Assembly: GCA_963776755.1 (NCBI GenBank)
Contig: CAVZNW010000002.1
Span: 269,733 to 333,732, forward strand
DNA from: an uncultured Acidobacteriota bacterium
Lineage (GTDB): Bacteria; Acidobacteriota; Thermoanaerobaculia; UBA5066; Gp7-AA6
Reading direction: 5' to 3'
DNA: 64,000 bases
Shown: positions 12,109 through 21,479 of the stretch, piece after piece
Layout: every line of letters begins with the position of its first letter
Position numbering within the stretch: position 1 is the stretch's first letter
Program-made: the position numbers and the translations under genes
The notes under the pieces: generated by a model
The model's database searches: none
Seen by the model: only the letters and a program-made list of their open reading frames with translations
What the model was told of the DNA's origin: nothing

Positions 12109-15052
12109 CTACTGCAGGCCGAAGGCGCGGACGAGGAAGGCCGCCATCTGCCCGCGCGAGTTCGGGAGGTTCGGGCAGAAAATGCCGGTACCGCATCCCG
12201 AGGTGATTCCCTCGCGCGCCAGCTCTTCGACCCAGGGCGTGAACGGATCGTTGATCTGGAGGTCGGTGAACATGCCGGTCGCCGGGGGCGGGGCGTATCC
12301 CGCCGCGTGGGTGGCCCGCAGAATGAAGACCGCCATCTGCGCCCGGGTCACGATGCCGTTGGGACAGTAGCGGCCGCTGCCGCAGCCGGAGCTGATCCCC
12401 TCGTCGGCGAGCTGTTCGATCCACGCCGCCGCGAAGGAGCCCGCGGGGACGTCGCTGAAGACCGTCCCCGTCGCCGCCGGGGGAGCGTAGCCGCTGCCGT
12501 GCTTGCTCTTGAGCAGGAAGACGGCCATCTGGGCCCGGGTCACGCCGCTGGACGGGCAATAGAGGCCGTTGCCGCAGCCGGTCGTGATGTCGTTGTCGGC
12601 GATCGTCTCGATGAACTCGTAGAACGGGTTCGACGGGGGCGCGTCCGCGAACGTCGTCACGTTGCCCTCGGTCGGGACGAAGTCCGGATCGTTGGTCACG
12701 ATGATGCGATCGACCAGGCTGCCGACCTCGCGTCCGTCCAGTTCAATCCAGTTCGACCCGGCCTGGAGCGTCACGATCCGCGGGTCGAGGGTCAGCGGGA
12801 TCCCGGTCCCGGCCCGGCCGTTCAGGATCGACCACTGCCAGTCCGGCGACCAGGTGCCTTCCGCGAGGTCGTAGACGTCCGTGCCGTTTCCCGCCGCGTT
12901 GGCGAAGAACGAGTCCTTCGTGGCGCTCGTCGCGAGCACCCGGCACCAGACGTAATAGTTGCCGCTCGCCGGAACGTTGAAGTTCCAGCGCGCCGAGCCG
13001 GCATCGCTGCTGCTGGTCGAGACGAACTGGCCACCGAACGTTCTCGTGGAGCTGCCGACGGCCATCGGAGCGGTCACCGTTCCCGGATTCGGCTTCGAGT
13101 CGCAGGATGAACGGCACCGGCGTGGGCGTCGGGGTTCCCGTGGGCGCGGGCGTGCTGGTGCGCGTCGGCGTCGCGGTCGGCGGCGGCGGGGTGGGCGTGC
13201 GCGTCGGGGTCGGCGTGGCCGTCGGAGGCGCCGGAGTCGGAGTGGCGGTCGGAGGCGCGGCCGTAAAGGTCGGCGTCGGCGTCGAAGTCGGGGGCGCCGG
13301 CGTATGGGTCGCGGTCGGAGGAACCGGCGTGGCCGTCGGCGTGGGGGTCGGTGACGGTCCGTCGGTCGGCGTGAGCGTGGCGGTCGGTGTGAGCGTGGCG
13401 GTGGGGGTGGCCGTGGGAGGCGCCGGAGTCGGCGTGTCGGTCGGTGTCGCCGTCGGCGGCGGGGGCGTGGGCGTCCACGTCGCCGTTGGCGTCGCGGTCG
13501 GCGTGAAGGTCGCGGTCGGCGTGAACGTCGCGGTTCGCGTCGGCGTGGCGGTCGGCGTCGACGTGGCGGTCGGCGTCCGGGTGGCCGTCGGCGTCGAAGT
13601 CGGCGGCGGCGGCGTCGGGGTTCGCGTGGCCGTGGGGGTCGCGGTCTTCGTCGCCGTCGGCGTGGCCGTCGGCGAGCCGCCGGGCGACGCGGGCAGCAGC
13701 AGGAAGACGTTGAAGTCGAGGCCGGTGTTGGGAGGCGTCGGCCAGCCGATCGGCGCGGCCGGCGTCAGGTTCATCGGAAGCGAGATCAGCGAGCCGTCGT
13801 ACGTACCGGAGACGATCGGCCGCGCCCAGGACGTCCTGCCCATTGCGGATCTCGAAGCCCTGGCCCGGCGTGAGCACGCCGCTCAGGTCCACGGAGACGG
13901 TGGACTGCGCCGCCCAGTTGAACACCGTGATGTTGGCCCGACCGGCCTCGTACTGGTTGGGGCGAATGAAAACCTTCACGCCCGTGGGGCGGGAGGAGTA
14001 GTAGGTGTTGTTCGGGAACTGGGTCGGCGTGAACCCCTCGATCGAGCCGTAGAACGTGTTGCCGTTGATGGTCATCGAGTTGCAGAAGACCGTGACGTTG
14101 TTCGCGATGTAGTTGTTCGTGACAGTGCGGGCTCTGGCAGTTCGGCGCCGGACAGCCCGAGCTTGAGCGCGGTCGTCGGACCGCCCGGCGAGTAGAAGAG
14201 GTAGTTGCTGATGAGCTTCGGGTTCTGAGACGGGGCCTCGCCGCCGACGAGCGCATTGCGCGTGTAGCCCGTCGAGGCCGTTCTGGAAGAGCCGTGTTGC
14301 CTTCGAGCTGGATGTTGTTGATGACCGCCGCGGAGGAGCCGTAGAACTGGAGGCCTTCGCCGAAATTGGAAAACACGATGCTGTCGGTGACCTTCTTGGT
14401 GTCGATCCGGTTCTGGCCGTAGACACCGTGGCCGTGGCCGTCGTCCGGGGCGCTCCAGCCGTTGTAGTAGACTGATGCTGCCGTAGATCTCGGAGTTCGT
14501 CGCTTCGTCCCAGAAGCTGAAGCCCTGGCGCGTGTCGTGGACGATCATGTTGATGAACTTCAGGCCGTCGTGGGCGGTGCTCTGGTCGATCACGACGCCC
14601 TCGCCGCGAGGGATCTCGGTGCCGTTCGGGCCCGGGCCGGACACCGAGGAGACCCGGTCCGTGTTCGAGGACATCACCTCGAAGCCCCAGTACCAGGTGT
14701 AGGCGCCCTTCGACGAAGAAGATCGGCGATCCCGTTGGAGTTGCCCCCGTCGATGATCGCGCGTTCGCCGGCGTACTGCCGCACGAATGATCGGATTGCT
14801 CGCAGCTTCCGGTCAGCTGACTCGTGTACGTCCCGGTGTACGTCCCTCCCCGCAGCCAGATCGTGTCGCCCGGCATGCACGGCCGACGGATGGTTCAGCG
14901 CCGTCTGCAGCTTCCAGGGGTTCCCGATGGTCCCGTTGCCGCTGGAGCTCGCGCGTCGGGGAGACGTAAAACTCGCTGGCCCCGGCGACACCCGCGAGAG
15001 CCATGAGCAGAGCAAGGCTCAGGCCGGGTGTCCGCCGAAACGCGAATCTCAT
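12109..15052 (-). CDS. Secreted beta-helix protein, paralog 3: beta-helix, long Pro/Thr stalk, CBM6/35-like beta-sandwich, three SLH repeats (frameshifted)
   Basis: ATG at 15052 gives the signal peptide [25 protein letters not shown]. The head closely matches paralog 2. A PTATPT linker spans 13110-13690, followed by [24 protein letters not shown] and SLH repeats at 12109-12660. Confidence 0.8.
13110..13690 (-). repeat. Coding low-complexity Pro/Thr tandem repeat, about 190 aa
   Basis: Translates as [31 protein letters not shown]... in ORF 12743-13843. Confidence 0.9.
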
Positions 15053-15083
15053 GACGTGGAGGATGCCCTCTCCGGCGCTCCGC

Positions 15084-15156
15084 AGGCTACTGGTCACGAA
15101 GGCCGAAGACGGACAGGAGCCCGTTGAGGAGGCAGCTACTGTTCTCACGGACAGGT
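15084..15156 (-). promoter_or_regulatory. Duplicated motif pair upstream of paralog 3, including a lux-box-like 20-mer
   Basis: AGGCTACTG (15084-15092), GGACAGG (15111-15117), then TACTGT-N8-ACAGGT (15137-15156), which fits CTG-N10-CAG. Confidence 0.55.
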
Positions 15157-15319
15157 TCCGGGTGGCGCGATCCTCCGAACAGCCTTTGAATCGCGTGTTT
15201 CTTGTCCGGATGAGAGGTGGGCGCCGCGGGCAGGTGCAGCAAAAGTACAGGTGACGTCGGCGGCTCCCGGCGACGCCTGGCAAAACGGGCGGGATACTTG
15301 CTAGGAGCCCATAGTCACA

Positions 15320-16084
15320 ATGCTCGGTCGTCACGCGTACAAATCCCAGAGCGGCGGTCGTCGCTGGCTGTACCGCGTCTGGGGCGCTCCGTCCATCCAC
15401 GTCCGCCAGAAGTGGTCGGCGGTCTGGCCGCTCGTTTCCGAGCTGCCCCAGCAGGATCTCGAGATCCTCGACCTCGGTTGCGGCAAGGGCGACTGGGTGC
15501 TCGAGATCGCCGCGCGCCGGCCCGGCTGGAAAGTGATCGGCGTCGACCGGAGCCACGAAGCCGTCGCGAGTGCGGAGGCCGGCGTGGGCGCGCTGGCGCT
15601 CGAAAACGTCCGTCTGCGGGTCAGCGATTTTTTCGACTACGCGGCGCAAAAGCCCTTCGACGTCGTCCTGTCGATCGCCGCGATCCACTACGCGGCGCGC
15701 GACGGGCGCATCGATGAATTGTTCGATCGTATGCGATCGTGGGTCAAACCGGGAGGGCGTCTTCTTCTGCTCGTTCCCCGCCGGCGCGCCCGGGTTCCGT
15801 TCTGGCGCCGGCTGCCCCATCAGGAGTGGCATGCGGTCTTCTCGGCGGCGGATCTGCTTCGCCTCTGCGAGGAGCACGGCTTTGCGGTCGAATCGCTCTC
15901 GGGCACGGTCGGGCCTCGCAGGACGGCCGCCAAGCAGATCGATTGGCTGGTCAACTCCCGCTGGCCCGCCCTGCGCTCGCTGGCCTATCCCCTGATCTGG
16001 CTCCTGAGCGCCACCGAACCGGCCGTGTTCGCTTCGCGCCAGATCCCGACGGCGTTCTGGACACTTTCCGCGCGGGCCCATTGA
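15320..16084 (+). CDS. Class I SAM-dependent methyltransferase
   Basis: ILDLGCGKG, VIGVDRS, DVVLSIAAIHY and VKPGGRLLL. Confidence 0.88.
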   Translation: MLGRHAYKSQSGGRRWLYRVWGAPSIHVRQKWSAVWPLVSELPQQDLEILDLGCGKGDWVLEIAARRPGWKVIGVDRSHEAVASAEAGVGALALENVRLRVSDFFDYAAQKPFDVVLSIAAIHYAARDGRIDELFDRMRSWVKPGGRLLLLVPRRRARVPFWRRLPHQEWHAVFSAADLLRLCEEHGFAVESLSGTVGPRRTAAKQIDWLVNSRWPALRSLAYPLIWLLSATEPAVFASRQIPTAFWTLSARAH

Positions 16085-16142
16085 TTCGATCGGCCCCCGC
16101 CCCGGATCAGCGGTCTCTCCGTGCCCGGCCGGCGTGCGAAAT

Positions 16143-16162
16143 ACCTGTCCCTGGGTACAGGT
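16143..16162. promoter_or_regulatory. lux-box-like palindrome ACCTGT-CCCTGGGT-ACAGGT
   Basis: Perfect 6-bp arms with an 8 nt spacer. It ends 6 nt upstream of a candidate TTGCTC-N17-TACCCT promoter (16169-16197). Confidence 0.6.
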
Positions 16163-16204
16163 TCGCCCTTGCTCCGGCGCTCCAAAAAACGTACCCTGCC
16201 GTCA

Positions 16205-16879
16205 GTGTCGAAAGGTGTTCCGCGCCGTCGGGCTACGGTCTGCTTGCTTGCCTTCCACCCGCTCGTGCTTTCGGAGTTCGAGCGGCTTCTCGCGGAGCAT
16301 CCGCTCGCGGTCACGCCCCGGCGCCTGGAGCCCGACCTGATCGCCGACCCGGCGAAGCTGAACGTTCCGCGGGCCTCCGTCTACGTGGTGGAAAGCCATG
16401 CGCACCGCCCGACGACCGAGGCGCTCGTCGTCGGGGTGATCGGGCGGCAGCCGGCGGCCCGGGTCCTGGTGGTCGCCGAGAAGTTCGGGCAGGCGGAAGC
16501 CTTCCCGCTGCTTCGACTCGGCGCCAAGGGTCTCCTGACGTTTGCCGAGGCCTCGGAGCAGCTCGCGCGCGCGGTGTTGGAGGTCGCGAGCGGCGGCTTC
16601 TGGGTCCCGCGCTCCCTGCTGTCGAGCTTCGTGGACGAGACCATCAGCTCGGTCCGGCGCCCCCGGGGGCCCGTCGGCCCGGCCCGGCTGTCCCGCCGGG
16701 AGAAGGAAGTTCTGGAGGCGCTGCTCGAGAATCTGTCCAACAAGGAGATCGCGAGCAAGCTCAACATGTCCGAGCGAACGGCCAAGTTCCATGTTTCCAA
16801 TCTGTTGGCCAAGTACGGGGTACGCCGGCGGGCCGACCTGATCCTCCTGACCTACACGCAGCTCGAGAAGCCCGTCTAG
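16205..16879 (+). CDS. LuxR/NarL-family HTH regulator with an atypical (pseudo) receiver domain
   Basis: C-terminal LSRREKEVLEALLENLSNKEIASKLNMSERTAKFHVSNLLAKYGV. The N-terminal REC-like fold ends in GAKGLL..LARAVLEVASGGFW. The in-frame GTG at 16205 is preferred over 16121 because it follows a -10 element. Confidence 0.88.
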   Translation: MSKGVPRRRATVCLLAFHPLVLSEFERLLAEHPLAVTPRRLEPDLIADPAKLNVPRASVYVVESHAHRPTTEALVVGVIGRQPAARVLVVAEKFGQAEAFPLLRLGAKGLLTFAEASEQLARAVLEVASGGFWVPRSLLSSFVDETISSVRRPRGPVGPARLSRREKEVLEALLENLSNKEIASKLNMSERTAKFHVSNLLAKYGVRRRADLILLTYTQLEKPV

Positions 16880-16887
16880 CGGGCCCT

Positions 16888-16916
16888 TTGACAGGGCCCC
16901 GGGCGTCGAATAGCCT
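16888..16916 (+). promoter_or_regulatory. Sigma70 promoter of the PQQ-dehydrogenase/SLH genes
   Basis: TTGACA (16888-16893), a 17 nt spacer and TAGCCT (16911-16916). Confidence 0.7.
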
Positions 16917-16946
16917 GCAACCTCTACCGACAACAGAGATTCAAGG

Positions 16947-19900
16947 ATGAAGAGGCCTCTGCTCGCCGCCGCATTTGTATTGGCCGTCACAAACGGCCTG
17001 GCGGGCGCGGTGCTGCCCGCGGGATTCACGGAAACCTCCTGGAGCGGGATCACCAATCCGACGGCGATGGCGGTCGCTCCGGACGGCCGGCTCTTCGTCT
17101 GCGAGCAGGGCGGCAAGCTCCGCGTCATCAAGAACGGCGTCGCTGCTGCCGACGCCGTTCGTGACGCTGACCGTCGATTCCGCCGGCGAGCGGGGCCTTC
17201 TCGGCGTCGCGTTCGACCCGAACTTCCTCTCCAACCAGTACGTCTACGTCTACTACACGGTACCGGGCTCGCCGTCGCACAACCGGCTCTCGCCGCTTCA
17301 CGGCCAACGGCGACGTCGCGCTCTCCGGGCAGCGAGCTCGATTCTTCTCGAGTTGAACGACCTGACGTCGCCACCAACCACAACGGCGGCGCCATCCACT
17401 TCGGCACCGACGGGAAGCTCTACGTCGCGGTCGGCGACAACGCGACCGGCTCGAACTCGCAGACGCTGACCAACCTCAAGGGCAAGATCCTCCGCGATCG
17501 GCGTGCCGCCGGACCCGCGATTCCGACCGACAACCCCTTCTACGGCCAGGCGACCGGCAACAACCGCGCGATCTGGGCCCTCGGCCTGCGCAACCCGTTC
17601 ACCTTCGGTGTTCAGCCGGGGACCGGCCGGATCGTTCATCAACGACGTCGGGGAGAACACCTGGGAGGAGATCAACGACGGCGACGCCGGCGACAACTAC
17701 GGCTGGCCGACGTCCGAGGGCGACTGCAACAATCCCGAGCTACGAGGACCCCCTCTACACGTACAACCACTCGCGGAGCGTGCTCGATCACCGGCGGCGA
17801 CTTCTACAACCCCGACGTTCCGCAGTTCCCGGCGAGCTACGTCGGCAAGTACTTCTTCGCCGACTACTGCGGCGGCTGGATCAAGTACATCGATCCGGCC
17901 TCCGGCACGCCCAGCGCCACCACCTTCGCGACCGGAATCTCGAGCCCGGTCGACGTCCGGACGGACTTCAACGGGTACCTCTACTACCTCGCCCGCGGCG
18001 AGGGCAAGGTCTACCGGATCACGTACACGGGCTCGAACGCCCCCACGATCACGGAGAACCCGCAGAGCCAGCTGATCTCGACGGGCCACCCGGTCACCTT
18101 CACCGTCAGCGCGACGGGCCAGGCGCCTCTCTCCTACCAGTGGCAGCGCAATTCGACGGACATCGGCGGCGCGACCGTCTTCCTCCTACACGATCGCCTC
18201 GGTCGGCAGCGGCGACAACGGCGCCCAGTTCCGCTGCATCGTCTCCAACGCAGTTCCCCCGAGCGCCACGAGCGCGCAGGCGACGCTGACGGTGACGTCG
18301 AACCAGCCGCCCGCGGCCACGATCTCCTCGCCCACGGCGGGCACGACCTACGGCGGAGGCGACACGATCGCCTATGCGGGCAGCGCCAGCGACCCGGAGA
18401 CGGGCGCCTTGCCGGCTTCGGCCTTCACCTGGTGGGTCAACTTCCACCACGACACGCACTTCCATCCGTTCCTGCAGCCGACGAGCGGCGAGACGAGCGG
18501 CTCGATCACGATCCCGTCGTTCGGCGAGACCTCGGCCAACGTCTGGTACCGGATCCACCTCTCGGTCGTCGATCCGGCGGGCCTGACGGACGAGACGTAC
18601 GTCGACGTGATTCCGCGGACCACGACGATGACGCTCTCGACCAATCCCAACGGCCTTCAGCTCACGCTCGACGGACAGCCGTTCACGGCGCCGCTCGACG
18701 TCGTCGGCGTCGAAGGGATCCGGCGCACGCTCGGCGCGCCGTCGCCCCAGTCCTCGGGGGGCAACACCTACAACTACGTTTCCTGGTCCGACGGCGGGCT
18801 CCAGACCCACGACATCTTCACGCCCGTGTCCGACACGACCTACACGGCGCTGTACACCAGCGGCCCGACGCCGACCTTCACGCGCACGAACACGCCGACG
18901 ATGACCCGGACGGCCACGGCGACGGCGACCCGCACGGCGACCCCCACGGCGAGCCCGACGCCGCCCTCGGGCTCGCTGCCGCCGCCCTGGGCGCAGCAGG
19001 ACGTCGGCTCGCCGGGGGTCGCCGGGAGCGCGGGGTACGCGAGCGGCGTCTTCGCCGTGACCGGGTCGGGCGCGGACATCGAAGAGGCGTCGGACCAGTT
19101 CCACTACGTCTACCAGACGTTGAACGGCGACGGCACGATCCAGGCGCGCGTCGCGACGCAGCAGAACACGGACCCGTGGGCCAAGACCGGCGTCATGATG
19201 CGCGAGACCCTCCTGGCCGGCTCGAAGCACGCGATGATGGCGATCACGCCGAGCAACGGCCTGATCTTCCAGCGCCGCACCTCGACCGGCGGGGCCACCT
19301 CCTCGACGTTCGGCGCGGCCGTCGCCGCGCCGTACTGGGTCCGGATCGTGCGGGCCGGGCTCGAGCTTCAGCGCCTACAGCTCGCCGGACGGCTCCACCT
19401 GGACGCTGCTCGGCACGAGCACGATCACGATGGCGACGAGCATCGTGGTGGGCCTCCCGGTGACGAGCCACAACAACTCGGTGCTCGGCACCGCGACCTT
19501 CGACAACGTCGCGGTCACGCCGACGATCACACCGACGCCCTCGTTCACGGCGACGGTGACCAGCACCTCGACCCCCTCTCGGACGCCGACGCAGACCTGG
19601 ACCTCGACGGTCACGCCGTCGCGGACGAACACGCCGACGTTCACGTCCTCGCCGACGGCCTCGCGCACGCCGACGCAGACGCCGACGGGGTCGGCGACGC
19701 CCACACGGACTGCGACGGCGACCGCCTCGCGCACACCGACGCAGACGGCGACGGGATCGGCCACGGCGACGCGGACGGCGACCGCCACGGCGACCCGCAC
19801 GCCGACGGTCACCGCGACCCAGCCCGCCGGAGTGCCGCCGCCCTGGGTGCAGCAGGACGTCGGAGCGGTGGGGCTGCCCGGCACCGCGACCTATGCGGGC

Positions 19901-21478
19901 GGCGCGTTCGGCGTCGACGCCTCCGGAACGGACATCGAGGAGACGTCGGACCAGTTCCACTACGTCTACCAGGTCCTGACGGGCGACGGCGCGATCCAGG
20001 CCCGCGTCGCCGCCATCGAGAACACCGACCCGTGGGCCAAGGGCGGCGTCATGATCCGCGAGACCCTCGCGGCGGACTCGAAGCACGCGATGATGGCTCT
20101 CACGCCCGCCAACGGCCTCGTCTTCCAGCGGCGGCCGACGACCGGGGGCACGACCGACAGCACGTTGGGGGCCGCCGTCTCCGCGCCTTACTGGGTGCGG
20201 GTCGTCCGGACAGGCTCGACCCTCGCCGGCTACAGCTCGCCGGACGGCGCCACCTGGACGCTCGTGGGATCGACCACGATCAGCATGTCCTCGAGCGTCC
20301 TCGCGGGGATGCCGCTGACGAGCCACAACAACTCCCTGCTCTGCTCGGCCACCCTCGACAACGTCCTGTTCTCGCCGACGATCACGCCGACGCCGAGCCA
20401 TACGCCGACGCAGACGCTCACGTTCACCCCGTCGCAGACGCCGACCCAGACGCCGACGCAGACTCGAACTTCATCGCCGACGGCGAGCCGCACGGCGACC
20501 GCGACCAACACGGCCTCCGCGACGCCGACGAACACGCCGACCGCGACCCGGACGGGATCGGCGACCGCGACGCCGACCCGGACCAACACGCCCACCGTCA
20601 CCCCGGCCGCGCCGACGGTTTCTTCGATCGCGCCGACCTCCGGCCCGGCCGCCGCGGGCAACGCCGTCTCGGTGGGCGGCTCGAGCTTCCAGCCGGGGGC
20701 GACGCTCAAGATCGGCGGCGCCGCGGCGACGACCGTGGTCGTCGTCAACGGCGGCCAGATCACCGGCAAGACGCCGGGGCTGTCGGCCGGCACGCTCAAC
20801 GACGTGACGGTGACGAACCCCGGTAATCTCTCCTCGACGCTGACGAAGGGCTGGTTCGCCGACTTCTCCGACGTGCCCCAGGCCAACCCGTTCCACGGCG
20901 ACATCGAGACCGTCTTCCGGGACGGGATCACCGGCGGCTGCGGCGCGGGCCAGTACTGCCCGACCAATCTCGTCACGCGCGCCCAGATGGCCGTCTTCCT
21001 CCTGAAGGGGATGCACGGGGGCGCCTACGCGCCGCCGGCCTGCTCGACCACGGTGTTCGCCGACGTGCCGTGCCCGGGCGGCCCGTTCGTCGACTGGGTC
21101 AATCAGCTGTCCGCGGAGGGCATCACCAGCGGCTGCGGCGGAGGCAACTATTGCCCGAACAGTTCACTCACCCGGGCGCAGATGGCCGTGTTCCTGCTCC
21201 GGGGCGAGCACGGGAGCGCCTACGCTCCGCCCGCGTGCAGCGCGACGGTCTTCGCCGACGTGCCGTGTCCCGGGGGTGCGAACGTGAACTGGATCAACCA
21301 GCTCGCCTCCGAGGGTGTGACCGCCGGCTGCGGCAACGGGAACTACTGCCCGGCGGCCGCGACTCCGCGCCAGCAGATGGCCACGTTCCTCGTGCGCACC
21401 TTCGGCCTGACTTCGCTCGCCGGGCGAACGCCGGTCACCCGGCCGGCGGACCTGCGTCCCGGCGTGAGGCGTCCCTAG
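16947..21478 (+). CDS. Secreted PQQ-dependent glucose/sorbosone dehydrogenase (GSDH) multidomain protein 1: GSDH, Ig, PKD-like, two ConA-like domains, Pro/Thr stalks, IPT/TIG, three SLH (frameshifted)
   Basis: Signal peptide [62 protein letters not shown] and ITGGDFY, then LSYQWQRN (Ig), two PWx[21 protein letters not shown] domains, [12 protein letters not shown] (TIG) and SLH repeats. Confidence 0.85.
18860..20610 (+). repeat. Three coding Pro/Thr/Ser linkers (about 18860-18960, 19520-19830 and 20380-20610) flanking two duplicated domains of about 180 aa
   Basis: [11 protein letters not shown] and [13 protein letters not shown]-type translations. The domains at about 18975-19515 and about 19835-20375 are similar at DNA and protein level. 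Confidence 0.85.
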
Positions 21479-21479
21479 G

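Noticed and set aside
16143-16879. Classical AHL quorum-sensing (luxI/luxR) module
   Set aside because: There is no luxI homolog, and the regulator has a receiver-like N-terminus, not an autoinducer-binding domain. Only the operator and HTH resemblance is retained as a finding.
13110-20610. Repetitive GC-rich tracts as a CRISPR array or non-coding VNTR
   Set aside because: They have no constant repeat-spacer period, translate as Pro/Thr linkers in frame with flanking domains, and no cas genes are present.
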